A stretch of DNA of 32,000 bases from Nitrososphaera viennensis EN76 (lineage in GTDB: Archaea > Thermoproteota > Nitrososphaeria > Nitrososphaerales > Nitrososphaeraceae), in assembly GCF_000698785.1 (NCBI RefSeq), contig NZ_CP007536.1:420001-452000 (forward strand). The letters run 5' to 3'. The position numbers were made by a program, and so were the translations under genes. Shown here piece after piece: positions 16,568-24,071 of the stretch. Every line of letters begins with the position of its first letter. Positions within the stretch are counted from its first letter, which is position 1. Below the pieces are notes generated by a model. It did not search any database, was not told the origin of the DNA, and saw only the letters and a list, made by a program, of their open reading frames with translations.

Positions 16568-17086
16568 ATGAACTCGCTTTCAATCGTGTTTTCTTCAAGC
16601 AAGGCGCATGTTGCCCTTGCCGCTGCAGTTGCGGCCGGCTTTTGGGTGCTGATGGCGCACTTTGACCAGCTGCTCTTTTTTTCGCCAATCCTTGCCTTTG
16701 ACGTGCCGCCGAGCGGATGGCCCGGTTTTGCACTTTCCACCATGACGGCCGGCATGCTTGGAGTTGTCGTGAGCATGAACGTCTACATATTCAGGACGTC
16801 TACGGTAAGGATAGGGACATCGTTCTTTTCCGGCTCCGCCCTTGGCGTGCTGTCAAGTGCCTGCGCGGGCTGCACGTCGGCCGGCTTTTTCATGGCCACC
16901 ACGTTCGGGGTCGCCGGCGCCGCTGCAACTAGCATATTTGTGCAATACCAATTGCCCCTGCGCATAGTCTCCCTCGGCCTTCTTGCGTGGGCGCTTTATT
17001 CTGCGCACAAGCGCGTGACTCAGAGCTGCGCACTGAAACCAAACAACAACAATAATAACAATAACAATATGGAAGAGCGGCAGTAG
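16568..17086 (+). CDS. Integral membrane protein with a CxxC motif and a poly-Asn C-terminus
   Basis: Several hydrophobic segments. SSACAGCTSAGFF lies in a predicted membrane helix. The C-terminus reads KPNNNNNNNNNMEERQ. No family recognised. Confidence 0.6.
   Translation: MNSLSIVFSSSKAHVALAAAVAAGFWVLMAHFDQLLFFSPILAFDVPPSGWPGFALSTMTAGMLGVVVSMNVYIFRTSTVRIGTSFFSGSALGVLSSACAGCTSAGFFMATTFGVAGAAATSIFVQYQLPLRIVSLGLLAWALYSAHKRVTQSCALKPNNNNNNNNNMEERQ
17042..17068 (+). repeat. AAC/AAT codon run (9 Asn)
   Basis: aacaacaacaataataacaataacaat, inside the 3' end of the membrane-protein CDS. Confidence 0.9.
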
Positions 17087-17117
17087 TTGGAAATGCCGAC
17101 CGGCCCTTCCATATTGT
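17064..17117. repeat. Perfect 12-bp inverted repeat spanning a stop codon
   Basis: ACAATATGGAAG (17064-17075) and CTTCCATATTGT (17106-17117) with a 30-nt spacer. The TAG stop (17084-17086) lies in the loop. Confidence 0.85.
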
Positions 17118-17280
17118 GAATGAAGTAAGCCGAGGCTGTCGACTTACAGAAACAAGACATCCAGACAAGGGCTTTTACCCTTTATCCAAACCGCTTATGA
17201 TTTGTTGCAAACGCCTTTGAGCAGGCAGGATCCGGTGAATCGACTTTTGGCGTTTTTTCTTCCTTCCTTCCTTCTTTCTA

Positions 17281-18330
17281 CTACTTGAATTCTTCTTCAA
17301 GGATCTTGCGCTTTTTGCTCATCTGGAAGAGGCTGTCGGTCCTTTTCAGCGCCTCTTCCCTCGGGCGCCTAAACGCCATCGACTGGATGAGCAGGTGGTT
17401 TTCCGGTATCACCATGCCCGTCTGGTCGTCAGAGTAGCCCAGTTTCACCGTGTCGTCCTGCACGCGCAGTATGTCGCTGTGTATGTGGACCATGTTGGTG
17501 TCGCCGTGCGCAAAGCCAAGCTCCATCGCCTTTTTGCGGACGTCTCCCGTGCCCTTGGCGGAATTCAGTATGGCCACCCCAAACTCGTTTCTGTAACATT
17601 CAAGCAGTTCGTCCTTTGTTGGCGCTTTTCCGTCAAAGCGTATCGCCATGTGGTGCAGGTGCATCATCCTTGAAGGCACCTTGAAGGCGTCGACGTACAG
17701 GTTGGCGTCAGGGATAAAGTCCTTGACATCGTCCTGGTGGTGCGGGTGCCTGTCCCACTCGATCGAGTCCTTGACAGCCTTGGTGTCCTCAAGGTCTGCC
17801 CACCTCCTGATGAGCGAGACGTCCCAGCGCTTTATGCGCGGGCCGTATTTCTCGACAAGCGGCTGCATTATGCGGCCCATGCCAGAGACGTTGCAGCTTC
17901 CCTGTATGACGTACGTGCGCCCCTGCGCCTTGGAATAGTTTACGCGTGAATTGTGGATCATATCTGCCACTGCCATTTCGCCGTGGCGGTCCTCCCCTCC
18001 CTGGAATATTGCAGTCTTTTTCATGGGCTCGTACATCGCCTTTTTGTTCTCAAAGCCACCTCCTTCCTTTGCCGCGTCTACCACCAGGTCTGCCGCGGCA
18101 ACGGCGTCCTTGACCGGGCCCGTGACATTGTAGCCCTTTTCCTTAAATGCGGCAACCATGTTTTCCGGCACGAAAACGCTGTAGCGGTTGTCCAGCGCCT
18201 CCTTGACCTTGTCGTCTATCGTATACTTGGCAACTCCGACAAACTGGATCTCCTTGTCTGCAGAAAGCGCGGTCGCTAGGCGCCGGCCGATGTTTCCATA
18301 CCCGTTTATGAAGACCTTGACCAAAATCAT
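17281..18330 (-). CDS. gap: Archaeal type-II glyceraldehyde-3-phosphate dehydrogenase
   Basis: VFINGYGNIGRRLA, IFQGGE, catalytic GSCNVSG, RRWADL, HHQDDV and VIPEN are arranged as in archaeal GAPDH. I set the start to ATG 18328-18330. Tandem TAG-TAG stops. Confidence 0.8.
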   Translation of the reverse strand: MILVKVFINGYGNIGRRLATALSADKEIQFVGVAKYTIDDKVKEALDNRYSVFVPENMVAAFKEKGYNVTGPVKDAVAAADLVVDAAKEGGGFENKKAMYEPMKKTAIFQGGEDRHGEMAVADMIHNSRVNYSKAQGRTYVIQGSCNVSGMGRIMQPLVEKYGPRIKRWDVSLIRRWADLEDTKAVKDSIEWDRHPHHQDDVKDFIPDANLYVDAFKVPSRMMHLHHMAIRFDGKAPTKDELLECYRNEFGVAILNSAKGTGDVRKKAMELGFAHGDTNMVHIHSDILRVQDDTVKLGYSDDQTGMVIPENHLLIQSMAFRRPREEALKRTDSLFQMSKKRKILEEEFK

Positions 18331-18547
18331 TCTCACTCTCTTTTTTCTTTGGGGGCAAGGTGTTTTTGCAAGTCTTGGATTATATATCTTCCCAGATTCC
18401 TGCCTAGAGTTTTCCTTCATGGGCGAAAAAGCGCACTAGATTTAAATACAATAAAGGCACTTTTCCGGTGGAGTCAAATGGAAAGAGGCGGTCGCTTTTG
18501 GCAGCGGTACAGCAGCAGCCCGTCCACCGAAGGTTGCTAGGTCTTCC

Positions 18548-19156
18548 TTGGCCAGAAAGAAAAAGAAAATCCTAGTCATCGACAACTATGACTCTTTTGT
18601 GTACAACATCGCCCAGCTGCTGGGTGAGATGGACACCGAGCCCACGGTCGTAAGAAACGACAAGATAACGCTTGCGCAGATAAAGAAGATGAAGCCTGAC
18701 GGCATAGTCATCTCGCCAGGCCCCGGCCACCCTGCAGACAAGAAATACTTTGGCGTCTGCACCGACGTGATCCGCCAGCTTGGGCCCAAGACCCCGATAC
18801 TTGGAGTCTGCCTGGGGCACCAGGGCATAGTGCATGCCTTTGGTGGCAAGGTGATAAACGCCAAGAAGGTCAGGCACGGCAAGACAAGCACCATAGAATA
18901 CAGTGACAACAGCGACAGGCTCTTTGGGGAGGTGAGCAATCCCTTCAGGGCAACCCGCTACCATTCGCTTGTTGCTGACAAGGAAACCATCCCTGACTGC
19001 CTGGAAGTCACGGCTCGCGCCAAAGACGACGGCGAGATAATGGGCATCCGGCACAAGCAGTACCCGATTGAGGGCGTCCAGTTCCACCCCGAGTCAATAC
19101 TGACTGGCGAGGGGCGCAAGATACTCTCCAACTTTCTCTCGCTGGTGGAAAAATAA
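18548..19156 (+). CDS. trpG: Anthranilate synthase component II (glutamine amidotransferase)
   Basis: KILVIDNYDSFVYN, GVCLGHQ (catalytic Cys) and QFHPES. TTG start. The stop lies 1 nt before the trpD ATG. Confidence 0.88.
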   Translation: MARKKKKILVIDNYDSFVYNIAQLLGEMDTEPTVVRNDKITLAQIKKMKPDGIVISPGPGHPADKKYFGVCTDVIRQLGPKTPILGVCLGHQGIVHAFGGKVINAKKVRHGKTSTIEYSDNSDRLFGEVSNPFRATRYHSLVADKETIPDCLEVTARAKDDGEIMGIRHKQYPIEGVQFHPESILTGEGRKILSNFLSLVEK

Positions 19157-19157
19157 A

Positions 19158-20243
19158 ATGAACACAGCGCAGCAGGCGGACCTGCGGCCTGCCATACGCA
19201 AGCTGGTTGCAAGGGCCGAGCTTTCAGAGGCTGAAATGGCAGATGCGCTTGATTCTATACTGGCCGGCGAGGCTTCCGAGGCGTCGATTGCGTCGTTCCT
19301 TGTTGCGCTTGCCATGAAGGGAGAAACGCCAGCGGAACTTCGCGCAATCCTCCAGTCAATTAGAAAACATGCCACGAGGATAACGCCCGCAGTTGGCGGC
19401 CCGCTCATCGATACCTGCGGGACCGGCGGGGACTCGATAAGGACGTTTAACGTCAGCACGGCCGCGGCAGTCGTGGCAGCTGCCGCAGGCGCCAAGGTTG
19501 CCAAGCACGGCAACAGGTCCGTGTCTGGGGTGTGCGGGAGCGCAGACTTTCTCGAAAGCGTCGGGCTTGACCTGAACGCGCCGCCGGCAAGAGTGCAAAA
19601 ATGCATAGAAAAAACTGGCATCGGCTTTTTGTTTGCGCCGGGTTTCCATCCCGCAATGAAGAACGTCGCGCCTGCAAGAAAGACGGTCGGGATACGGACG
19701 GTCTTTAACGTGGTGGGGCCGCTGAGCAACCCCTGCACCAACATTTCGGGCCAGGTGATAGGCGTCTTTGAGCCGTTTTTCATGGAGACGCTTGCAGAGG
19801 CCTGCCGGGGCTACATCAATGAGGCAATGATAGTGCATGCGGCAGACGGCTTTGACGAGCTGTCAAACACGTGCGAAAACGACATCCTGTGGGTGACCGG
19901 CGACGGCCAGACAACAAAGCGCCTGCGCCTGAGCCCCAAGGTGGTAGGCATGGCAGTCGCAAGACCCGAGCAGCTGGTGGTGACTACGAAGGACGAATCG
20001 ATAAAGAGCACGCTTGCCGCGATATATGGCAACGGCCCGCAGGAAAAGGAGGACATGGTGGTGCTCAACGCTTCTGCGGCGCTCGTGGTGGGCAAGGTCG
20101 CAAGTGACCTGAAAGAGGGAGTGGAAATTGCCCGGGGCGCAATAAAAAGCGGACAAGCGCAAGAAAAACTTGCGCAGCTTGTCAGCGAGTGCGGAAATAA
20201 AGAAGTGCTAGAGCAGGCAGAAAAGAAATACCTTCTTCTCTAG
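19158..20243 (+). CDS. trpD: Anthranilate phosphoribosyltransferase
   Basis: CGTGGDSIRTFNVSTAAA, AKHGNRSVS and GPLSNP motifs. Confidence 0.92.
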   Translation: MNTAQQADLRPAIRKLVARAELSEAEMADALDSILAGEASEASIASFLVALAMKGETPAELRAILQSIRKHATRITPAVGGPLIDTCGTGGDSIRTFNVSTAAAVVAAAAGAKVAKHGNRSVSGVCGSADFLESVGLDLNAPPARVQKCIEKTGIGFLFAPGFHPAMKNVAPARKTVGIRTVFNVVGPLSNPCTNISGQVIGVFEPFFMETLAEACRGYINEAMIVHAADGFDELSNTCENDILWVTGDGQTTKRLRLSPKVVGMAVARPEQLVVTTKDESIKSTLAAIYGNGPQEKEDMVVLNASAALVVGKVASDLKEGVEIARGAIKSGQAQEKLAQLVSECGNKEVLEQAEKKYLLL

Positions 20244-20253
20244 CTCACCACTA

Positions 20254-21273
20254 CTACTCTTCTGCCGCGTCCTTGGACTTCTTTTTCGGGGTCTCGTCAG
20301 TGTCGTCGATGCCCTTTTCGTTCACTGTGAACCTGACGTCAGAGTAAGGGTGGTACGGGCTGTCGATTATCTTGGCCACCCTGTCGTTTCCTGCCTTTCT
20401 CAGGTAGATGCGGTATGTGGATGCATGGCCTATCACGTTTCCGCCTGCAGGCTTGGTCGGGTCGCCAAAGAACGTGTCCGGCGTTGACTGGACCTGGTTT
20501 GTCACGATTACTGCGACGTTGTAGATCTCGGCTATCCTGACCAGCTTGTGCATCAGGCCGTTGAGGCGCTGCTGCCTGTCGGCAAGCGTGCCCCTTCCAG
20601 CAAACTCGGCCCTGTGGAGCGAGATGATGCTGTCGATTATTATCATCTTGGCCTTAAAGTCGTCAATGTACTTGCCCATCGACTTGACAATAAGCTCAAG
20701 GTGGCTAGAGTTGTATGCCTTGCAAATGGCGATGCGCTTCAACACTTCGCCTGCGTCAAGGCCCCTTGCCCTCGCTATCTGGTCGACCCTCTCTGGCCTG
20801 AAAGTGCCTTCGGTGTCTATCAGTATCACTCCACCGCCGAGGCCGCCGTCAGAAGGCGGCTGCTGCGCCGTGACGCACAGCGTATGGCATATCTGGGACT
20901 TGCCAGAGCCGAACTCGCCGTAGAATTCTGTTATTGCCTGCGTCTCGATGCCTCCGAGCAAGAGCTCGTCGAGTGCTCTTGCACCTGTAGAGCAGCGCAG
21001 GAGCGACTTTCTCTTTTCAAGCTCGACGTCTGCAGTGGTAAACTCGTTGTCAAGGACACCGCTTTCGCGGAGAAGTTTCTGCGCTGCCATGATAAAGTTG
21101 CTAGCAGTCTCTTTGGAGCCGCCAAGGTCGGTCGCAAGCTCGTCTGCAACGGCAGTAGCCAGCTCCATGACTGAACTGATGCCTGCCTCTCTCATCTTGC
21201 GAGCAGTGGTCGGCCCGATGCCTTCAATGTCTTCTATTTCTAACTCCACAACATTCCTGGAAGTTTCGGTCAT
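20254..21273 (-). CDS. radA: DNA repair and recombination protein RadA
   Basis: HhH N-terminal domain (IEGIGPTTARKMREAGI). Walker A GEFGSGKSQ. Walker B MIIIDS. Tandem TAG-TAG stops. A TATA-like GGATATTATATAC lies upstream on the minus strand. Confidence 0.95.
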   Translation of the reverse strand: MTETSRNVVELEIEDIEGIGPTTARKMREAGISSVMELATAVADELATDLGGSKETASNFIMAAQKLLRESGVLDNEFTTADVELEKRKSLLRCSTGARALDELLLGGIETQAITEFYGEFGSGKSQICHTLCVTAQQPPSDGGLGGGVILIDTEGTFRPERVDQIARARGLDAGEVLKRIAICKAYNSSHLELIVKSMGKYIDDFKAKMIIIDSIISLHRAEFAGRGTLADRQQRLNGLMHKLVRIAEIYNVAVIVTNQVQSTPDTFFGDPTKPAGGNVIGHASTYRIYLRKAGNDRVAKIIDSPYHPYSDVRFTVNEKGIDDTDETPKKKSKDAAEE

Positions 21274-21322
21274 TTCTGTCTGTTACGGTACTGATGGAGT
21301 ATATAATATCCGGCGCACCTGT

Positions 21323-21347
21323 GGGGGAGGGAGGGGTAGTAGATGGG
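21323..21347 (+). other. G-quadruplex-type motif (G5-A-G3-A-G4-N8-G3)
   Basis: GGGGGAGGGAGGGGTAGTAGATGGG lies immediately distal to the radA TATA-like box. Confidence 0.5.
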
Positions 21348-21371
21348 TGACGGCGGTGGTGGCGTCGTCCG

Positions 21372-21411
21372 ATTTTTAAAAGGTGAAAAAACGTCCGGGG
21401 AGAAACCCGGA
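21372..21411 (-). terminator. Hairpin plus T-run terminator downstream of the zinc-ribbon/Lys-tail gene
   Basis: On the minus strand, TCCGGG-tttctc-CCCGGA is followed by cgTTTTTTcaccTTTT. It starts about 20 nt after the TAA at 21432-21434. Confidence 0.55.
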
Positions 21412-21431
21412 CAAACACACATGACTTTTAC

Positions 21432-21656
21432 TTACTTTTTCTTCTTTCCTGCCTTCTTCTTGGCGGCCTTCTTGGCAGGCGCTTTGGCCTTGGCCTTGGC
21501 GCCGCCTCCGCTACCACCGCCAATCTTGAACATCTTGGTCCCGCAGACCGAGCATGTTCCAGACAGCGCGTTGCGTCCGTTCTTCATGGTGACCTGTTTT
21601 TCTCCCTTCATTTCCCTCTTTGCTTTACACTTTACACAATATGCTTGTGTTGCCAA
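21432..21656 (-). CDS. Zinc-ribbon protein with Lys/Ala-rich basic tail (resembles the family I recall as DUF5679)
   Basis: (M)ATQAYCVKCKAKREMKGEKQVTMKNGRNALSGTCSVCGTKMFKIGGGSGGGAKAKAKAPAKKAAKKKAGKKKK. TTG start at 21654-21656, with a minus-strand TTCTTATATCC box centred about 29 nt upstream. The 154-aa ORF-track version extends through that box. Confidence 0.7.
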   Translation of the reverse strand: MATQAYCVKCKAKREMKGEKQVTMKNGRNALSGTCSVCGTKMFKIGGGSGGGAKAKAKAPAKKAAKKKAGKKKK

Positions 21657-22184
21657 CGTGGCTACGTCCCGCACGCTTGGATATAAGAATAGCTCCAAGA
21701 TGGCCGATTTTCGGTCGTTTGGGCATGAAATTGGTGCAAAGTTGCTCAAAATGCGGCCACCAAATAAAAAAATCTGCAACCAACGAGAAAAAATAGGCCA
21801 TTTTTGGCTCAAAGTGCGCCAGAAAGCTTGTCCCGCCGCATACCTGCGGTGGAATCCGCTACCCCTCACTGCTCGGCAATGTCTTGAAATCGGCATACGT
21901 CACGAAGGAATTTTCGGTGCCCAGGTCTGTTTTTCGAATGCTTGTGGCTAGAGGATTGGCGGTTTTCATATAATGCTCGTGACCTTTGCCCAAGGCGGCT
22001 TGCTATTTTTTTAATGCAACCTGCATACACTATCTGTAAGAGAAAGCAGGAGGGTCATTACCGCCTGTTTCTTCTTGCAGGATGAGCCATTACAGATCTT
22101 TTGCCAGCTTGAAAGAGGTGCATATCCTCACATCCATTGCCACGGATGCTTTTTGAGATGCAGCGGCAACTTCTCGGCATAGAG

Positions 22185-22200
22185 ATTATATTTTTATACT
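22185..22200 (+). promoter_or_regulatory. TATA-like box for the coiled-coil protein gene
   Basis: ATTATATTTTTATACT is centred about 24 nt upstream of TTG 22216. Confidence 0.5.
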
Positions 22201-22215
22201 AATTTTGCTCGTATC

Positions 22216-23061
22216 TTGAGTGTCTTGGAGGCAGAAGGCAAGGCGCTAGAGTCGCTTGGGTGGGAAGACCTCGTTGCGCTAAAGCGCAAGGTTGCCGGCG
22301 ATCTGAAAGGCGTCACAGACAGGCTGGTCGACATTGACAGAAACCAGTTTCATGCCATAGTCACTGCCATCAAGGCCCAGAAAACCGCGCTAGATTCTAT
22401 CACAGAAAGGATGAAGCAGGTGAAAACAGAAGTCGACAAGCACAACTCTGACCTCCTGTCGGTAAGCGAAAAGATCTCGCAGGCCAAGAATTTCTTGAGT
22501 ATGATGGAGGCAAGGCTCCCAACAGAAAAGGAGGAAGAGCTGCAGGCCATTGTTGCGTCAAACCAGGCACTAATTGACAGCAAGCAGTACAGGGGCGAGC
22601 GCGAAAAAGGCGAGATACTTTCAAGGGTAAAGGAGGCCTCGATGAAGATGGAGGCTATAAAGGCCACTCGCATGATAAAGGATCAGTATGCCATGCTTGC
22701 ACAGCAGTCGGCAGACATTGGCAACGCGGTAAAGGTGCTCAACGACGAGCGCGATACAATGCGCGTCAGGATGGCAGAAATCAACCTGGAAATGGACAAG
22801 CTGTACGATGCAAAGCGCAAGCTGGCAGCCGAGCGCAATTTGCGCCTTGCCGAGTACGAGGACATCGTCAAGCGCTTTGACGCGATAAACGCGCGCCTGG
22901 ATGAAATGTCTGCCATGAGAAAGCGCCAGCGCGAAGAGTACGGCTACAACCTGCCAAGCGACGCGCTGTTCAAGGTAAAAGAGACTGCCAGAAAGAAGCT
23001 AGAGTCGGGTTCAAAACTTAGCCTTGATGAGCTGCGTCTGCTCTACAGCGAAAAAGACTAG
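22216..23061 (+). CDS. Archaeal coiled-coil protein (COG1340-like)
   Basis: 281 aa, almost entirely heptad-like and rich in charged residues, ending LSLDELRLLYSEKD. This matches my recollection of the uncharacterised archaeal coiled-coil family. TTG start. Confidence 0.65.
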   Translation: MSVLEAEGKALESLGWEDLVALKRKVAGDLKGVTDRLVDIDRNQFHAIVTAIKAQKTALDSITERMKQVKTEVDKHNSDLLSVSEKISQAKNFLSMMEARLPTEKEEELQAIVASNQALIDSKQYRGEREKGEILSRVKEASMKMEAIKATRMIKDQYAMLAQQSADIGNAVKVLNDERDTMRVRMAEINLEMDKLYDAKRKLAAERNLRLAEYEDIVKRFDAINARLDEMSAMRKRQREEYGYNLPSDALFKVKETARKKLESGSKLSLDELRLLYSEKD

Positions 23062-23112
23062 ACTAGGTAATTTGGCGCCAGGCAACAACATATTCAAAAG
23101 CACAAGTAGCGC

Positions 23113-23685
23113 ATGGCTAACGTGGAAGAAAGAAGGGATTCGCAAGAAGCGATACCTGTCGTAATTGGATTGACTGTCGGCGCTGCATTTGTGGTCATCT
23201 TTGGATTGATGCTCTTTGGAAACATGGCAAATAGCGCAATAAGCAGCAAAGAAGCGGACGAGTCGTATAGGCGTCTGCCTTCCCATACGACGTTTGTAGG
23301 AGTTTGTGGCAGCCCTCTGTACAGCAGTAATTCTGCCAACCCAGTCACCATAAAGCGAGGTGAGGAAACCCCTGTCCAGCTATGCGCCTGGAGCTCGGCA
23401 TCTGTTCCAAAAAAGCTGCATCTGCTAATCATTCCTTCAGAAGACTTTCCTCACAGTGATGACCTTTATGCAAGGTTTGACCAGGAAAACCTCTTCCTCA
23501 CTCCTTACCACGGAGAAGGTGCAAACGAGAATTTGATGACAAATGGTGGCAGAGGTTCAACTGCGGGTACAAACCTGCACTTGCGAGTCGACAAAGACAT
23601 GGGGCCTGTGCCAAAGGAACTGAAGCTTGAAGTGATCGGCGATTCGAGCGTTGAAGTTTACCCGATATTTGTAAAGGTGATCTAG
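23113..23685 (+). CDS. Hypothetical N-terminally membrane-anchored protein
   Basis: One TM segment (IPVVIGLTVGAAFVVIFGLMLFG) followed by a ~140-aa extracytoplasmic region. GC is about 40-45% in counted blocks. No family recognised. Confidence 0.55.
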   Translation: MANVEERRDSQEAIPVVIGLTVGAAFVVIFGLMLFGNMANSAISSKEADESYRRLPSHTTFVGVCGSPLYSSNSANPVTIKRGEETPVQLCAWSSASVPKKLHLLIIPSEDFPHSDDLYARFDQENLFLTPYHGEGANENLMTNGGRGSTAGTNLHLRVDKDMGPVPKELKLEVIGDSSVEVYPIFVKVI

Positions 23686-23744
23686 ATTTGCCGTCCAAAT
23701 TCAGCGAAAAGGATTAAGACGGATACAATATCAAAAAAGCCTGC

Positions 23745-24071
23745 ATGGCTATTAATGACTTTGCGCTTGCCTGCGCCATCGACAACTCGCCCGGCTATTT
23801 TACCTACGACGGCCAGACGATGCTTGTGATCCAGTCGGCGCAGGACGCAAAGGCAGGTCAGAGCAGTTTCCCGCACATCGAGCCCTTCATGGACGCGCTC
23901 GTGTCGCACGAGGCCATACACGTGGCGATAAAGAAACTGGAAGGCGACGAGGCTTCCGAATCGCTTGACGACATCGAGGTCATCGTGGAGCACAATGGCA
24001 GGCGGTTTCAGGTCACGCTAAACAACATCCTGTTTGCAAGCGACAACTCGGGCCTGGTTATGCCCTATTAG
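23745..24071 (+). CDS. Small HExxH-motif protein (possible minimal zincin metallopeptidase)
   Basis: 108 aa. VSHEAIHVAI (HEAIH) is followed by an acidic stretch, KKLEGDEASESLDDIEVIVEH. The 3' end overlaps the trpA stop by 14 nt (convergent). Confidence 0.55.
   Translation: MAINDFALACAIDNSPGYFTYDGQTMLVIQSAQDAKAGQSSFPHIEPFMDALVSHEAIHVAIKKLEGDEASESLDDIEVIVEHNGRRFQVTLNNILFASDNSGLVMPY

Noticed and set aside
18478-18540. 20-codon uORF (MERGGRFWQRYSSSPSTEGC) between a TATA-like box (about 18440-18451) and trpG, considered as a possible Trp-sensing leader peptide.
   Set aside because: It has only a single Trp codon. I saw no alternative terminator/antiterminator hairpins. Leader-peptide attenuation is a bacterial mechanism not established in archaea. 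It is probably fortuitous.
21343-21951. 202-aa plus-strand ORF and the 154-aa version of the minus-strand ORF (21432..21896).
   Set aside because: The plus-strand ORF is antisense to the Lys-codon-rich tail, which keeps it free of stops. In the 21657-21896 portions of both ORFs third-position GC is only about 46-50%, and they cross the promoter-like box of the 74-aa gene.
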